Source: Spirogloea muscicola (Eukaryota). From it: a stretch of 57,522 nucleotides of DNA. The stretch lies in NCBI GenBank assembly GCA_009602725.1, contig WELB01000002.1:644980-702501 (forward strand), given 5' to 3'. Made by a program: the position numbers and the translations under genes. The notes beneath the pieces are model-generated. The model saw only the letters and a list, made by a program, of their open reading frames with translations, was not told the origin of the DNA and did no database searches. Of this stretch, positions 40,218 to 54,908 are shown in pieces (the first letter of the stretch is position 1; every line of letters begins with the position of its first letter).

Positions 40218-42122
40218 ATGGCGGCTCAATGCCGCGCAATGTCTGGATGCGGTGCACCGTCCTTCACTCTCTCTGCATCACTGCTGGTCANGCTGGCGGC
40301 GCTGCTGGGCGCGGCGCCGGCGCGCGCGCACTACGGCACCGTCGCGGGCCACGTCTACGCCGACCCCTGCGGCTCCGGCGGCAAGCTGGGCAGCCCCCAC
40401 AGCGCGCCGCTCAAGGGCGCCAAGGTCACGCTCACCTGCGACTACGGCGCCGGCTCCCACGGCGTCTCCGGCCTCCGGACGTACACCTCCACCGCCACCG
40501 ACGCCAGTGAGCCACCGTCGCCGCCGCCGCCGCCTCCGCTCCCCTTTGCTGCGCGTCCTCTCCTTTGGCTCACAACCAGCTGACCTCCGCTACTCCTGCT
40601 GCGCCCAGACGGGTACTACGTCATCCGAAACATCTACTCGCGGTACATGATCCCGCAGCTCAAGTACAAGAGCTGCGTGCTGCACCTCAAGTGCGGCTCG
40701 GGCATGTACACCGTCAAAGGCCCCGCCGCTGACGGCTGGACAACCGACATGCCAACCAACAACAACTTCACGGCGCCAAGTGAGTGTCACTTGCCGACCT
40801 CGTCGGGTGTAGCTTGTTTTCCTCGGCACCCAAGATGACGATCGTATGAGTCAGTGCAGAAGCCAGTCATCGCCATGAGACTGTCCCACTCGTCGACCTG
40901 TCGAGACGTGCGCCAGCTCATGTGCAAGCTGGGTGTCCTGGCAGACTCCTACTTCCGGCCCGTTTCGCCACTGGGGCCCCCAACGTGCGCTGCTCCGAAG
41001 CCGGCATGCCAAAAGACGGGCTCGCTGTGCGGCGACCCGCGCCTCGTCGGCGGCGACGGCGTAGCTTTCTGGTTCCATGGCGAGAAGGACAGAGACTTCT
41101 GCATCGTCTCGGACGCCAGCTTCCACATCAACGCCCACTTTATTGGCAAGAAGTCAGCGGATGGCAGCCACGACTTGACATGGGTGCAGTCGATGGGCGT
41201 CATCTTTGGGCAGCACAGGCTGTATGTCGGGGCTAAACAGGAGGCTGTCTGGACTGCAGCTGAGGACCACATCTTCTTCAGCTTCGACGGCGTGGTGAGA
41301 ACTCTGATCAGTTGAACATCATTCAGGAGCGAGTATACAAAGTTCAGGCGCTTTGAGCATCCTACCGAATCTGCTTTCCCTTCTGACTGGAGCTTGCTCT
41401 TCTTTCTTGCAGCCGCTATTTGATGTGGTCATGACCAATAGCAAGCAAACATGGCAGTCTGCCGACGGAAGCGTGAAGGTGATACGATCGGGTCTCATCA
41501 ACACGGCGAGATTGGAGATTGCGGGCCTCTTAAATATGACCCTTATCGCAAAGCCGATCTCCCAAAAGGACTGGACACAGACGAGCTGTTTCGCGCATCT
41601 CGACATGGGAATAGACTTTGCACAATTGTCTGGTAAATTCTCTTGACTACCTCAGACATGTGGACATTGTGCTAAGAATCGAGTTCCCCATGCAGTGGAG
41701 GCTGCATACACGAGATTGTGGCAGCGTCAATCCTAGACATTGAAAGTGCTGTCCTTGCTACGGCGTCACCAGCTGCAATGCTTGTGGGATTACAAATGAC
41801 GAGCTTCCTGCATGGAATAACAGGCCGGGCTGAGGGAGTTCTTGGCCAAACATATCAGAAGCTGTGGAGCCCCCCAGACCGCGTGGAAGGCTCGCCCAAC
41901 AATGGCAACTACATCCTGCACGAGGTTGAGCCGTACCTCAGCTCCAGCATTCTCTCCCCCGACTGCCCGGTCAACATCTACAAGGCCGCACCTTACGATA
42001 AAGTCAGCCACACAGTATGGCTGAAAAAGGCCGTGATGGACGACATTGAGGCTCCTGAGGACGCCAACAGCCACTGCTCCCACAACTCTGCTGGTGGCCT
42101 CAAGTGTGTGAACAAGCGGTAA
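40218..42122 (+). CDS. Secreted protein: Ole e 1-like N-terminal domain plus root-cap/LEA-related domain
   Basis: Signal-peptide-like start; VAGHVYADPC..PLKGAKVTLTC..TDANGYY; CGDPRLVGGDGVAFWFHG..DFCIVSD..HINAHFIG..TWVQ; CFAHLD; GVLGQTY. Exons about 40218-40506, 40609-40779, 40855-41294, 41413-41632, 41824-42122. Confidence 0.85.
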
Positions 42123-45100
42123 TTATAAGGTGACTATCACCCTCCTCAGCCGTGACATAGGAATTAGCGGCGCAATGCCTACCAGAATGATCTGCAATTT
42201 CAAGCTAGGAAGTATAGCACTATTTGTCAGTAGTACCACCATCTTGGAGCACCAATTCATTGAACCACGATCAAAGGCCACTTCTGGCCTGCAAGTGGGA
42301 CCGCAACTCGACACAATTAGCATCAAGCAAGGATGTCGAGCCTGTTGACATGAATTGGTTGCTAGAGCTCAACAGTTCTCCGGTTGGCTCCGGAAAACGG
42401 AGGCAACCTGCAAGAGCACGTGAGCTTCAGCAGTGCAGTACAGTATAGAAAATAAGTGTGTGCAGTATTGTAGGAGGACATTCAAAAACGTAAAGCTACA
42501 TATATTTCATTCCGCCTCGGAGATTTACCCGAGAATTTACAAGGAGTTTTTTTTTAAGGAATTTTTTCTTTGAAAGCCTCAACGGAGCAGACTGCGCACC
42601 AGGTTTAGAAGGTCTCTGGTGGGAAATAGGCGTCTTATCGTCCACTTGTGACTTACGGGCACTTAAGGGTAGATGTAGGAGCTTGACGCGTGTAGAAGCT
42701 TGACTAACTGCAGGTATAATCACACATGGTCCAGTAGCTATAGAACCTCTGGATATTGTTGGTCAATGTTGGACGGGTGACCAGAGGGATGCGACCTTCG
42801 CATTACGTCGGTCAACAAACGCACGAGGAGGAACGTGAGTCGTGTGACGCTGCCAGAGCTGACTCAGCCAGGCTCTAGACCTCCAGGCGAAGGTGCACCC
42901 TCCTGGGCTTTCAGCAAAGTGTCGGCTGGCTGAGATTCAAGAAAGCTCCAGAGGGGAACGAGGAGATGGCTACAGAAGGCAAAGCCAGGAGGATTGGTGA
43001 AGGTCCGAAGGGGCCAAAGCTCACAGAGAAGCTCTTCCAATGGTGGCGATGGCTGTGAAGGCCAGCCCAAAGGGCGATAGACAAGGTCCAGAGGGGCCCG
43101 AAAGCGCAAGAGAAGCTCATATGGCCCTCAAGCCCTGAACCACGAGCCGGGGGGGATGAAAAGGAGACGTGTCCGGGGGCAGATGGCTGTGAGAGGGGAA
43201 GTATGTGTGTAAGTGTCTGTTTCAAAGGGGCCGAGGGGAGGGCTAGTAAAGGTAGAAGGCGCCCGGTGCACGTGGGAGGCAGACTCAAGCCAGTACACTG
43301 TTCTGCAAGAGCTAGCGCAACGCATCGGGATACACAAAGCGAAGCCCCAGGCCAAGTGATCTAAGGTGACCGTACGAAAAAGAGAAGGCGCGCGGGGCGC
43401 ATGAAATGAAAGGGAGGCCAATTCAAGCCAATACATTGTTCAGAAAGGGGAGAAGCGGCTTGTCCAAACTACAGCCACCGCCCTCTCCTCAAAGCGTCGT
43501 CTCTTCATCCAAACCTCCAAAGGGGCCGACGTTTCTGGAAAGACAGAAGGGCCAGCCCACAGAAGAAGACTCTTCCAGCAGAGGGCGATGGCTGGTACTG
43601 GGCAGCACAGAAGAAGTATTGACAACCACAGAAGAGCGAAGGCGCGCGGTGCACATGAGATGGAAGAGTTGCCAATTTCAGCCAGCATTTCTTCTGTTAA
43701 GCCACATACTTTTCAAGCAAAAGTGCAGAAGTGGGGCTATATGAAACGAAGAAAGGGCTCGCCCATTGAGGATATGGGCTGGAACAGCCAGCCCAAGACG
43801 AAGCCCTATGCTAAGGTGGCTAAGGTAAGAGAGAGAAGGGCGCGCGGTGCGCATGACATTGAAAGGGAGGTCAATTCCAGCCTTACAAACGTCCTGTCAA
43901 CGGGGTAATGAACTGGCTAACAGGGACACTGATATCCCCGAGTGAGCACATGCATGTCGGACAAGCTAAACTGAGGTAAACGATAAGAGTGACTAGGGCC
44001 AGGGCCCAGATGATCCGACAGGGGGGAAGCGTCACGCGCATCACGCGCGCCAGCGAGGCCTGCCTGGGCTGGGGGGCCGGTCGGCTGCCTGGCACGCGGC
44101 GCTGCTGTGCCCGCCTGGCGGCCCAGTGGGACGGCGCGAGGCTGGCAGGCCGCCCGGGGCCGCAGGGAGGCCGACAGGCCTTAAGAAAGTGGCTCTTTGC
44201 TTTTGCTTTGCTTGCTCAAGCTTAGAAGATGCGACTTTTGCCATCTCCCTGACGTCGGTCCTTGCCATTTGCCGTCCACTTGCGGGCAGGCCTCGCCTTG
44301 GCTGCTACCTCCGCTTCACGACAGGGCGACGCTTTTCCGCCCTCTACTTATTCTGATCTGCACTTGCTGACCGGAGGTTATTGAGCGCTCACCCTCAGAA
44401 GTCATGGAGGGATCTATGGTGCTTTTTGAGCCTTCCGGCCCTTTCAGATCTTGCACAATCCTTTGGGCTGGTCTCTCACAGCCATTGCCATACAAAGGAA
44501 GAGCTGTTCATTCCCAGAAAAAGAAGGATCCAGACTCACGAGGGTTTTTGGGCCTATTCTTGGCTCTTTTGTGGGCTGGCTTTTCACAGCTCCCGCCCCT
44601 TTTGGAATGCTGCTGCTTCTTTGGGGGTCCTGGATCGGAGTGAGGGGGGGGGAGGGATCCCCAACAAGAAAGCGCAGGTCGCTCAGCAGTACAAGTGGCT
44701 GCTACGGATGGCCACTCAGGGAACCCCTGGTCAACATAAGGATTCAGAATTCACGGTACCCCGGGTGCCACACAGTTGCCGCGTGTTAACAACCACCTGG
44801 AAATATTCTCCTGCCAACCCAAGGAGAACTGAGGCGCTTTCAAGTAGGGGCATAGCAGACGGACGGGCTTTGATGACCTAGGCTTGAACAAGGCTGTCTT
44901 TTGCGTAGGCAAAACTTTTATAAGATCTTTGCATGTACATTCGTTGGAGGAAGTTACATACCAAAAGGCTGCTCATTTGGCGAGCAGCTGCTAGAAGTGG
45001 TAAGCTAGCAGCTACTTGCAAGGGCCTCCGCTGGAGTCGCAGCCATGGGCGTTCAGGCATATAACTGCTGATGTCCCGTGCAAATTGGCACGTGGTCAGG

Positions 45101-45233
45101 AGCTAGTTGGGCCGCAGGCAGCAGCTATATATATTACAGGTCAAGCTGGGTCAAAGAATCAAAAAATGCTGTCCAGTAGCGGACATGGAGGGTGCTCCAA
45201 CTCGCAGATACTGGCAATCACCAACACTGGGGG

Positions 45234-46288
45234 TCACTTGAGTTGCGCAATGCACTTGGCGCTGTTGTCGAGGTGGTCGTGGAAGCACTGCGTGAGCGGC
45301 CCAGCGGGCTGCACGCCGTCAGTCAGAGCTGCAGTAAGTGGCGCATTGCCTGAAGGCAGTGACCTGTCGTAGGCCGCCGCCGAGTACGTGCTCACGGGGC
45401 AATCTGGCGAGCCAAGGCTGGATGCCAGGTACGGCTCCACTTCGTGCAGCACATACGGCGCTCCAAACACGGCCCCTTCAGCCATTGCCGTGATCGATTC
45501 TGCCCACTCCTTGCGAAACATCTGGCCAAGCGCGCCCTCAACTAGGCCTGCACATGCCAAGCATCGCCTGAGTCCCTTACGAGACCGAGGTATTCTGAGA
45601 CATCGTCCATGCACAATCAGTTATACGGCTATGCAATAACGAGCTCGAAGCCTTGTGCTAGCAAGAAGGGGCGGCAACACTGAAGCGAGGCGGGGTATAT
45701 GCTCCAGCGGCTCACCACTCAGCTGACCAAACTCAAAGCCGATGTCGAGGTGCGCAAAGCAGCTGCGAGGGGTCCAGTACTGCTTGGCGATGGGCTTGGC
45801 TTCGAGCGTGAGGTTGAGGAGGCCGTCGACGATGACGAGTGCAGCATTGGCCTTCGCTCCATCGTGCACAACGCGGACGCCAGCCTCGGGAGACCGCCAC
45901 TCGCTCTCCGTGCCGTCAGCCATGTCCATCTCAACCGGCACGCCGTCGAGGCTGACAAAGAGGTGCTCGACTGCAGAGTCCCACTGTACGGCATGCTGGG
46001 CCTGGACAAAGAGGTTGTGGCCGTTGAAGAGCACGCCGAGGGCCTGCACCCAGCTGCGCTCGCGGGCATGGCCGGCCTTGGCGGCGGCGCCCGCGCTCAG
46101 CCCGACAAAGTGCGCGTTGACGTGGAGGCTCGCGTCGGAGACAAGGCAGAAGTCGCGGCCGCGCAGGCCGCCGAAGAAGGCCACGCTGCCATCGCTGCCG
46201 TGCCCGGCGGCCAGCCGGGCGCGCCCGCAGAGCACGCCGTTGGGCCCGGTGCATTGCGCCGCACATGTGTCCAAATGTAAGGTGGTGT
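45234..46288 (-). CDS. Second root-cap/LEA-related paralog; 5' part probably in the gap
   Basis: Exons 45716-46288 and 45234-45547: DFCLVSDASLHVNAHFVG..SWVQALGV..CFAHLD..EGALGQ..YVLHEVEPYLASSLGSPDCPV. Confidence 0.85.
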
Positions 46289-46544
46289 CTGCAGGTGCCG
46301 AGGCTGAGGGGGTCAGCTTCGGAGTGGAGTTGGCCTGTCACTATTGATACAAGCAACTCCCTCTTCTGTCACTCGGGTTTGAGCAGACCAAGAGGCACTT
46401 GAAGCTGGCTCTGTGCGTGCATGGCTGCGCATTGGTGTGAGGGTGCATGTGCAAGTGTGCAAGTGTGCTTGAAGGTAGGGGGGGTGGAGGAAGAGGAGGG
46501 GAGGGAGATGGGAAGGGGAAGGAAGGGGAAGAGAAATGGAGAGA

Positions 46545-47453
46545 NNNNNNNNNNNNNNNNNNNNNNNNNNNNNNNNNNNNNNNNNNNNNNNNNNNNNNNN
46601 NNNNNNNNNNNNNNNNNNNNNNNNNNNNNNNNNNNNNNNNNNNNNNNNNNNNNNNNNNNNNNNNNNNNNNNNNNNNNNNNNNNNNNNNNNNNNNNNNNNN
46701 NNNNNNNNNNNNNNNNNNNNNNNNNNNNNNNNNNNNNNNNNNNNNNNNNNNNNNNNNNNNNNNNNNNNNNNNNNNNNNNNNNNNNNNNNNNNNNNNNNNN
46801 NNNNNNNNNNNNNNNNNNNNNNNNNNNNNNNNNNNNNNNNNNNNNNNNNNNNNNNNNNNNNNNNNNNNNNNNNNNNNNNNNNNNNNNNNNNNNNNNNNNN
46901 NNNNNNNNNNNNNNNNNNNNNNNNNNNNNNNNNNNNNNNNNNNNNNNNNNNNNNNNNNNNNNNNNNNNNNNNNNNNNNNNNNNNNNNNNNNNNNNNNNNN
47001 NNNNNNNNNNNNNNNNNNNNNNNNNNNNNNNNNNNNNNNNNNNNNNNNNNNNNNNNNNNNNNNNNNNNNNNNNNNNNNNNNNNNNNNNNNNNNNNNNNNN
47101 NNNNNNNNNNNNNNNNNNNNNNNNNNNNNNNNNNNNNNNNNNNNNNNNNNNNNNNNNNNNNNNNNNNNNNNNNNNNNNNNNNNNNNNNNNNNNNNNNNNN
47201 NNNNNNNNNNNNNNNNNNNNNNNNNNNNNNNNNNNNNNNNNNNNNNNNNNNNNNNNNNNNNNNNNNNNNNNNNNNNNNNNNNNNNNNNNNNNNNNNNNNN
47301 NNNNNNNNNNNNNNNNNNNNNNNNNNNNNNNNNNNNNNNNNNNNNNNNNNNNNNNNNNNNNNNNNNNNNNNNNNNNNNNNNNNNNNNNNNNNNNNNNNNN
47401 NNNNNNNNNNNNNNNNNNNNNNNNNNNNNNNNNNNNNNNNNNNNNNNNNNNNN
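46545..47453. other. Assembly gap
   Basis: Run of N. Confidence 1.
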
Positions 47454-50400
47454 GGCGGCTGGGCGGCGGCGGCGGCGGGGGCGCCGGCGACGGCGGCGGA
47501 GGCGGCGGCGATGGAGGAGGGGGGTTGGGGAGCCGCCTGCCGCGAGGAACTGGGGGGGGGTGGCGGCCGTATAAGTTGCAACGCGATTAGTCCACGGTTC
47601 TGATTCGAGCGCGTCGAGAAGGCCGGTCAGACTGTCGCGTGACCGGAGGAGACTCGGAATCGCGCTTATGAGAGTTGGGCCACGGAACTGAGCGGCCTGG
47701 CAATGTGGCACTGTGGGTGCGCGGGGCAGTGCCAGCCCTGGATTCTTCGGCCCCTCACATTCGCCTCGCCCTCCTCCCTCCTCCCTCCTCCCCTCCCTCC
47801 CTCCTCGACCGACACGCCTCCCTCCCTCCCTCCGGGTCACGTTCGGGTGCGGGCATCTTCTCTGCTGCTCCCAGGGGGCCCCTGGCACGATGACCACACC
47901 TGGCCGGGGGTGCCCCCGCTGGCTGCCAAGTGGCCTCATGCGGCGTGGCCAGCCGGCCCGCCCCGGTTCCCCCCCTTCTTTGGGGCCACCGCCGTCGTCC
48001 CCCGGGAGCGTCGACAGAAATGCGGCTGCTAGTTATTGGGACGATGAGCTCCTTTATGGGCGAGCCTTCTTCTTCTTTTCAGTATGAGGGAATGCGGAGG
48101 CCAGCCCGGAGGAGTGAACGACGTCTGGACGGGCCCGAACGACCTCTTCCATATGTTCTCCCCAATCTTCCTGTTTGGCCGGTCCCAACAGATGCCTCCG
48201 ACCGCTCCACCACGTTGTCCCGGTTCTTGGGGCAACTCGCAATATCGTGACTGGCCACTTGCGTGCCGGTCGCGCATTGGCTGCAGCCTCTGGCTTTAGG
48301 ACAGGAACTTGCTACCGGGAGACCAAAATCTGTGAGCTGCGGCTGCTCACTGGGGAATATTGAGCAAGTGAGCACCCAGCGGTCACTTGAGTCGCTGGGT
48401 GCTTTGGGCGCTTTTCTGGGCCCTTCTGGAACCCTGTTCATTCCATCTTCTGCGCTGGCCAATCACAGCCATAGCCCTCTACTGCAAGAGGGGCTATGGC
48501 TGATGATCTTCCGTAGCATGTGTGGTATAGCGCTTTCCGGCTCTTCCGGCGCTTTCCCGGACCCACTTCCAGGACCCTAGCCTCTCTGCTGCGCAGGACG
48601 CGCTCTGGCCGCTGCCTCCGGGTCTCGGCGGAGTTCCTCGGCATCTCATTCTTCGGCTTTGGACACTGTCCATTCTTTTTGGGCTGGCTTTGCCAACCCC
48701 TCTTTCTCTATGGGCGAGCCTTCTTTCTCTGATTTGCGGCTGCTTAGCAGGGGTTACTGAGTGATTTGTAGCTGCTTTCTATCTTTGTGTGCTTTGGTTT
48801 CTTAGCGCTTCCTCTGGCTTCCTCTGGCCCCCTTCTCGTTCTTTGTTTATTCTTTTTTGGGCTGGCTTGTCCAGCCCCTATCCTCAATGGGCGAGCCCTT
48901 TCTTTCCGGCTCCTTAGGGCTGGCCTTTCACAAGCGCCGGCTGCCAGTTTCCACTTCCGGCGGGGGGTCATTTAGTGGCCATCCTTGTTGTGTCCTTCCA
49001 GCTACTGCTCCATCTCATTCCTTTGGGCTGGCCTCTCCCAGCCACCAGTCAATCTGGCCGCGCTTCCATCTCCTGCGTGCTATCCGCTTTCCGTCTCTTC
49101 TGGACCTTGCCATTCTTTTGTAGCCTGGACCTTTGTGCATTCCCCCAATATTTTGTTTCTCTTACAAACAGTGTACGGGCTTGCTTTGGCCTCCCTCTCA
49201 TGTCATGTGCATTGCGCGCCTTCTCTCCTCCCATCTTCCTTTCAAGATCAACTTTCTGCTTCAAAGTTCCTTGCTTAGTGACATGCTGTAAATGTGACCT
49301 GCGCTCTGCGGAGTGGCCACATTGATTGCTGCCTTCGGAATGAATGGGATGGGAAGCAGGCAGTCCAATGTCTGGTCTTCACGTCCAGTCTTCAATGGCG
49401 CAGATTGTGGTCAATGATAACATCAAATGCTGTTCGATTGGAGGTCAATGGTCAAGTGAAGGTCTTCATGATCAAGGGAACCCCTACATCACTTCAAAAT
49501 GCAAAGGCTCAAAGGAGGAAGTGAGGGACAGATAAGGTAGAGGATTTGGGTGAAATGGAGATCAGGCAACAGCTATGATGTGGACAAGCGTTAACATAAA
49601 CATGTGCTAAACTTAGGCATTGTCCAGATTTTGCGGGTGTTCACAAGCAAGCAAGCTAGAGGCATTGTCCTAAGCAGACCCACTGCTCTTAGATAGGGAC
49701 AGGCTGCAACCTTGTCGACTTTTGCGGCTTGTGATGTCTCTGTCAAGCGACTTACTACAGTGGAGGGCAGGTGAGAGCAAGGCTGCTCACAAGACTTGCC
49801 CCTGCTTTGCATCAGTAGTCTCATCCTTACAGCTCATTGGCTGCTGCGCAGGCCTGTTCTCCGAAACCTTCCATCTCCAGTCCCAAGAAGTGAAAGTTGT
49901 CTACCCTCTTTCCCGTGAGGCCGTTCTTTCTTTCCGCGGTACTTCCGACCAGGGCTTGTTGTCTTCGGTGTCACTCCGCTGCTGCCTTGCCACCTTCCAG
50001 TGAGCCTAGTTGAGCGACTGTTCACAGCGAACGGACTTGCCACTTGGGAACCGTCAATTTGCCTGGTGCACCTTACACTAAGCTTATATTGTTTGGTCAG
50101 CTCTGCAGGTTGCGAGCAAGTGCAGGTATGGCATGTACGAGTATGACCTCTGCCCAAATACAATCAATCTCGACTATTGGCGATGAGAAAGTTGAGTAAG
50201 CATACAAATGTTGGCAGCCAAATCTGGGCCCGAGTCAAGGATGCAGAAACAAGGAGTTAGTGCAGTGTATTACAAATTTCCCTGCTTGACAGCTTTACTG
50301 AGGACTGACTCAGAAGCAAGAAAAGTGCGGGCAATGAGACATTCCAAGAAGCTGGACGAGAGAAGGGCTAGTCTGTTCAGGGGCAGAAGAATTTCGTAAT

Positions 50401-52240
50401 ATCCCAACATCCCACTAAAGAAAGAAATTGCAGGGCACCGCTGCTTGCAAGCTCCACAATACGAGAGCAAGTCTCAGCAGTTGGTTAAGCTTTGCATCTA
50501 AGAACTTGCTTCGTAAAAGATTGAGCGCATCATCTGTGGATTATACTTGACCTCTCCCGACTACACCGTACAGCACAATGTGACAGTCTTAGCAAGTCAT
50601 ATTAGAAATCTATTTTCCCCAAGGGCCAGTGTGGAGGTCAATGCTTTTCTGGCCTAGCGCACAGCATCTCCACCTGCTTATCGCTCTTGTCGTCCATTCA
50701 TAGCTGTGACGCAAACTTGGCCTGTCCATAGGCATGGGACTGAGAATACTCCAACTGGGAGAGCATGGCTTTAAGGGTCAACTCTAGGTGAATGCAGTGA
50801 GAGGGAAGCTTATGAGTTGTGAGATAGGCCACCGCTCGACGTTATTGCCTGGGCCTTGATCTTAAGAAAGCCAGGTACATCATGCATCAGACGTGAAGCA
50901 GTCCTGAAGGCAGTCGCTAGTATGCATCTGAGTGGAGCCCTGAGGAGTGCCTCAAATGTAAAGCATAAACTTGCTTTCATCATCACCCATCCCATTCCCT
51001 GCTATGCGGCCACGTGATTCCTTGCCGTTGCGTCAGTGCAATGTCACATTATATCTCCTCTAGTATAATTGCTGTAACACTGTTGCTGTTGCTGTTGAAA
51101 CTTTGTACTTTGAGAACCTACTTACTGTGCATGTTCTTCAAGCAATCAGAAGTCAACCAAGCCAGCTCTCATGGACATCCTTCTCCATGACCTCACTTTT
51201 AAAGCCGCTACTACGGAGCCCAGCACCTTCTGTAATATCTTGCACTGATGCAATACTCAGGTACGATGACCATAATCAGGCAGACACAGTAAGTAAAGGT
51301 ACATCAAATCCACAGAGTGATGTCATCCTTGCAGAAACATCTGACTACATTCAATGGAAATAGGAGAATGATGGGCCGAAGTCCCCAAGACCGTGTGCTG
51401 CCTCCCTACCCTGCCATTTTATGTGGCTTGAAACCGGTTCTCGCGGCAGCAGGAGGGGAGACCCTTAAATAAGCCCTAGAGTTTCATGTCATGCCTTACA
51501 TACATGCGTCACAAGAGATGTCTACAGCTGGTAAAATCCACATACAGGGCGCACCTCGATGCCAAATAAGTCTGTTAGCTACGTCCACAAATGGACAGCA
51601 AAGTCAAGCATGCCCCATGAGCCTGCAAGACCATCCTCTAAATGTGCTCGAAGACTCACATTCATGCAGACAGCAGATTGTTATGAGCACACGTAAGGGA
51701 AGCAGAACTGTAGAAAAACAAGAACAATCAACACTGTAAAAGAACAGGAACAATTAGCACTGTAGAAGAAAAAGAACTGGAGAAGTGACTCTCAGCTACC
51801 AGCATCTCCAGCCTCGACTCCTATATACATCCTACTTAACCCACACAGAGACCAGCAGTACAGACAACTAGTACTCCACAGCACTACTGGAGCACAATAA
51901 GCTTTCACTGATGATCAAGTCCGATGCAGCACGGTCACTGATGTCTGCTCTGAAAGTGGCAGTTGGAGAGTCTCACAAAGAATCCAACAAGTCTGCTCTG
52001 CGAGCAAGAGAACTTGCCCTTCTCGGTGACAGTTTACAAACCCTCTTTGCTTCTACAGCTTCATCCATCCTCCTGATGCCCACAGGAACTGTGGAGTCAA
52101 GAAAAGATGTCTGCTCTAACAAGTACGTTGCCTCCACACCAGCTATTGCAGCGCACCTGGCAACAAGGTTCTGTACCGGGCCTAACCGACTGTTCTGGGG
52201 CACTTGAGCTATAATGAAGGTGCATATTGTCTACTATTGC

Positions 52241-53107
<867 letters not shown>

Positions 53108-53275
53108 AGCTGCTATCTGCTGGACGACGGGCGAAAACGCGGCGGCTGCAGCGACTGCGGCGGCGGTGGACAGCGGCGGCACCGACGGCGGCGCGGCGGC
53201 GGCGGCGGCAGCNTGGCGGGGAGGGGCCGTGTTAAACCCTCCCGTACTTTGGGGGGGGGGCGATATGTGATTTCC

Positions 53276-53283
53276 TAGGGTTT
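53276..53283 (-). promoter_or_regulatory. Telo-box (AAACCCTA) upstream of RPS27
   Basis: tagggttt on the + strand about 170 bp upstream of the ATG. Telo-boxes are typical of plant ribosomal-protein gene promoters. Confidence 0.55.
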
Positions 53284-54908
53284 CTAGGGGAGGGGAGGCC
53301 CTGGCAGCCGTCCGATGCCGGACGGGGGCCACATCGGAGCGCTCGCCGCGGTCTCATCGGACGGCGCATGGTGCCTGGATTCCGACCCCCCCCGGCTTGC
53401 GACTCTTCAGCCGCCGGATCTGGCGATCGCACGGCCGGCCGAACCCGGTGGCTACAGGTCTGATCTGCTGCCCCCTTGCCAATGCCCTGTGTTTTCCTCC
53501 GATGTATTTCTCCACAGTTTCCGGCTCCTCTCACACTGTTCACTCGTTCGTGGGCTGCCGTTTTTACAGCGATCGGTGTAGCTGTTCAGAAGAGCTACAC
53601 CTATCTCGAAGAAGCTGGCTTCTCATAGCTCACGCCCTCTGGAGGAGCTGCTCATTTCACACAGCCTTCGCATTCTCTGCAAGTGCTGCTTCTATCGCCT
53701 CCACAGTAACTCGGACCTCAAGTATACGTAAACCTTCTGATTAAGTATCACGCAACATCGGCATTATGGTGTCATCCTGGTCGCCACCTGCAGCAACACG
53801 TCCCCGCTGGTCAAATGGCACAGTTACGATATCCATTGAGAGGGTCCAGTAGATGAGGGCAAGCACATGTTAATGGAGTCGTCATAGTTGACCTTGCATT
53901 GCAGATTACATAGTTGCATGGTACATCATCGTAGCTCTGTAACACTCAGTGATGATGCCTTTTCAGACTGCTCCTCTCCAATGGATAAGTCTGCAACCAG
54001 GTGGACTACCAGGATTACGCATGCAGTTACTACATGGGTAAGTAGAAACCACAAAACACTTATTACATTGGCCAAGGCACTGCAACTTGTCATGCTGTCG
54101 TACGACTAGCTCTGTGGATGCACCAGAAAGCGCCAGAGTTGATTGAAGATGGAGCCATTTGCACAGCGCTGACTGAAGCAATAATTGGACACCCAACACA
54201 AACGAGGCAGACTCTGACCACTCCCTAGACGTGCAACTCTGCAACTGTTGTCGCCCTTACCAAGTCACAGAAGGTCAATCGACTGCTCAGATAAGCGCAA
54301 TCAATACCGTTGTAGGCCAAAAAAGAATACGGGTCGCAAGGACCTGCAATACTTGGCTTGGCTTGAGCCGAGCACAAGCATGCTAACCTGGGCTAGTGGA
54401 CTCCTGCTTGCGACGCTCTCTCACCCTCTTGCGCACATAGTCCCCCTACAACATTGCTCCCTCCAGAATTCCATGTGTACCTCTCTACACCACCAACTTG
54501 ACGGGCACTAAACTCTGCTGACCAAGAAACAAAATTGGTACAGCCCGCTAGTTGGTCCTCCTGCACCTGCAAAACTCGGGCTACTACACATGGGCCAACC
54601 CTCAGGTACAATAAGACAGGGGTACTGATCCTGAGCTGGTTGCCAGACCAACACCACCATCACCGCACCAAGTACTTTACAGCAACTCCTCTGAACGCCC
54701 CCTAAAGAAGGTAATTTCGACAGATTGATTGAACCAGCGCCTCGCCACAAGGTGGAGAAGATAGGATGAGAGCTGACTTCCTCCCCGAGCTGCAGCAGCT
54801 TGGCAGCCCAGCTGTGCAGCCCAACCGTATAAACGGATGAGCTTGCTGGCCTTCACAGGTGCTGCATCAGCTTGCAGCAGCAGCCACCATGAAGTCTGGG
54901 CTAGGTTG

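Noticed and set aside
42843..43887. Solo LTR bounded by TGTGAC...TTACA
   Set aside because: No matching target-site duplication; the interior is a module patchwork.
53560..54900. Possible gene between RPS27 and GLK
   Set aside because: Frames are interrupted by stops and show no recognisable motif; more likely GLK 3' UTR and intergenic DNA.
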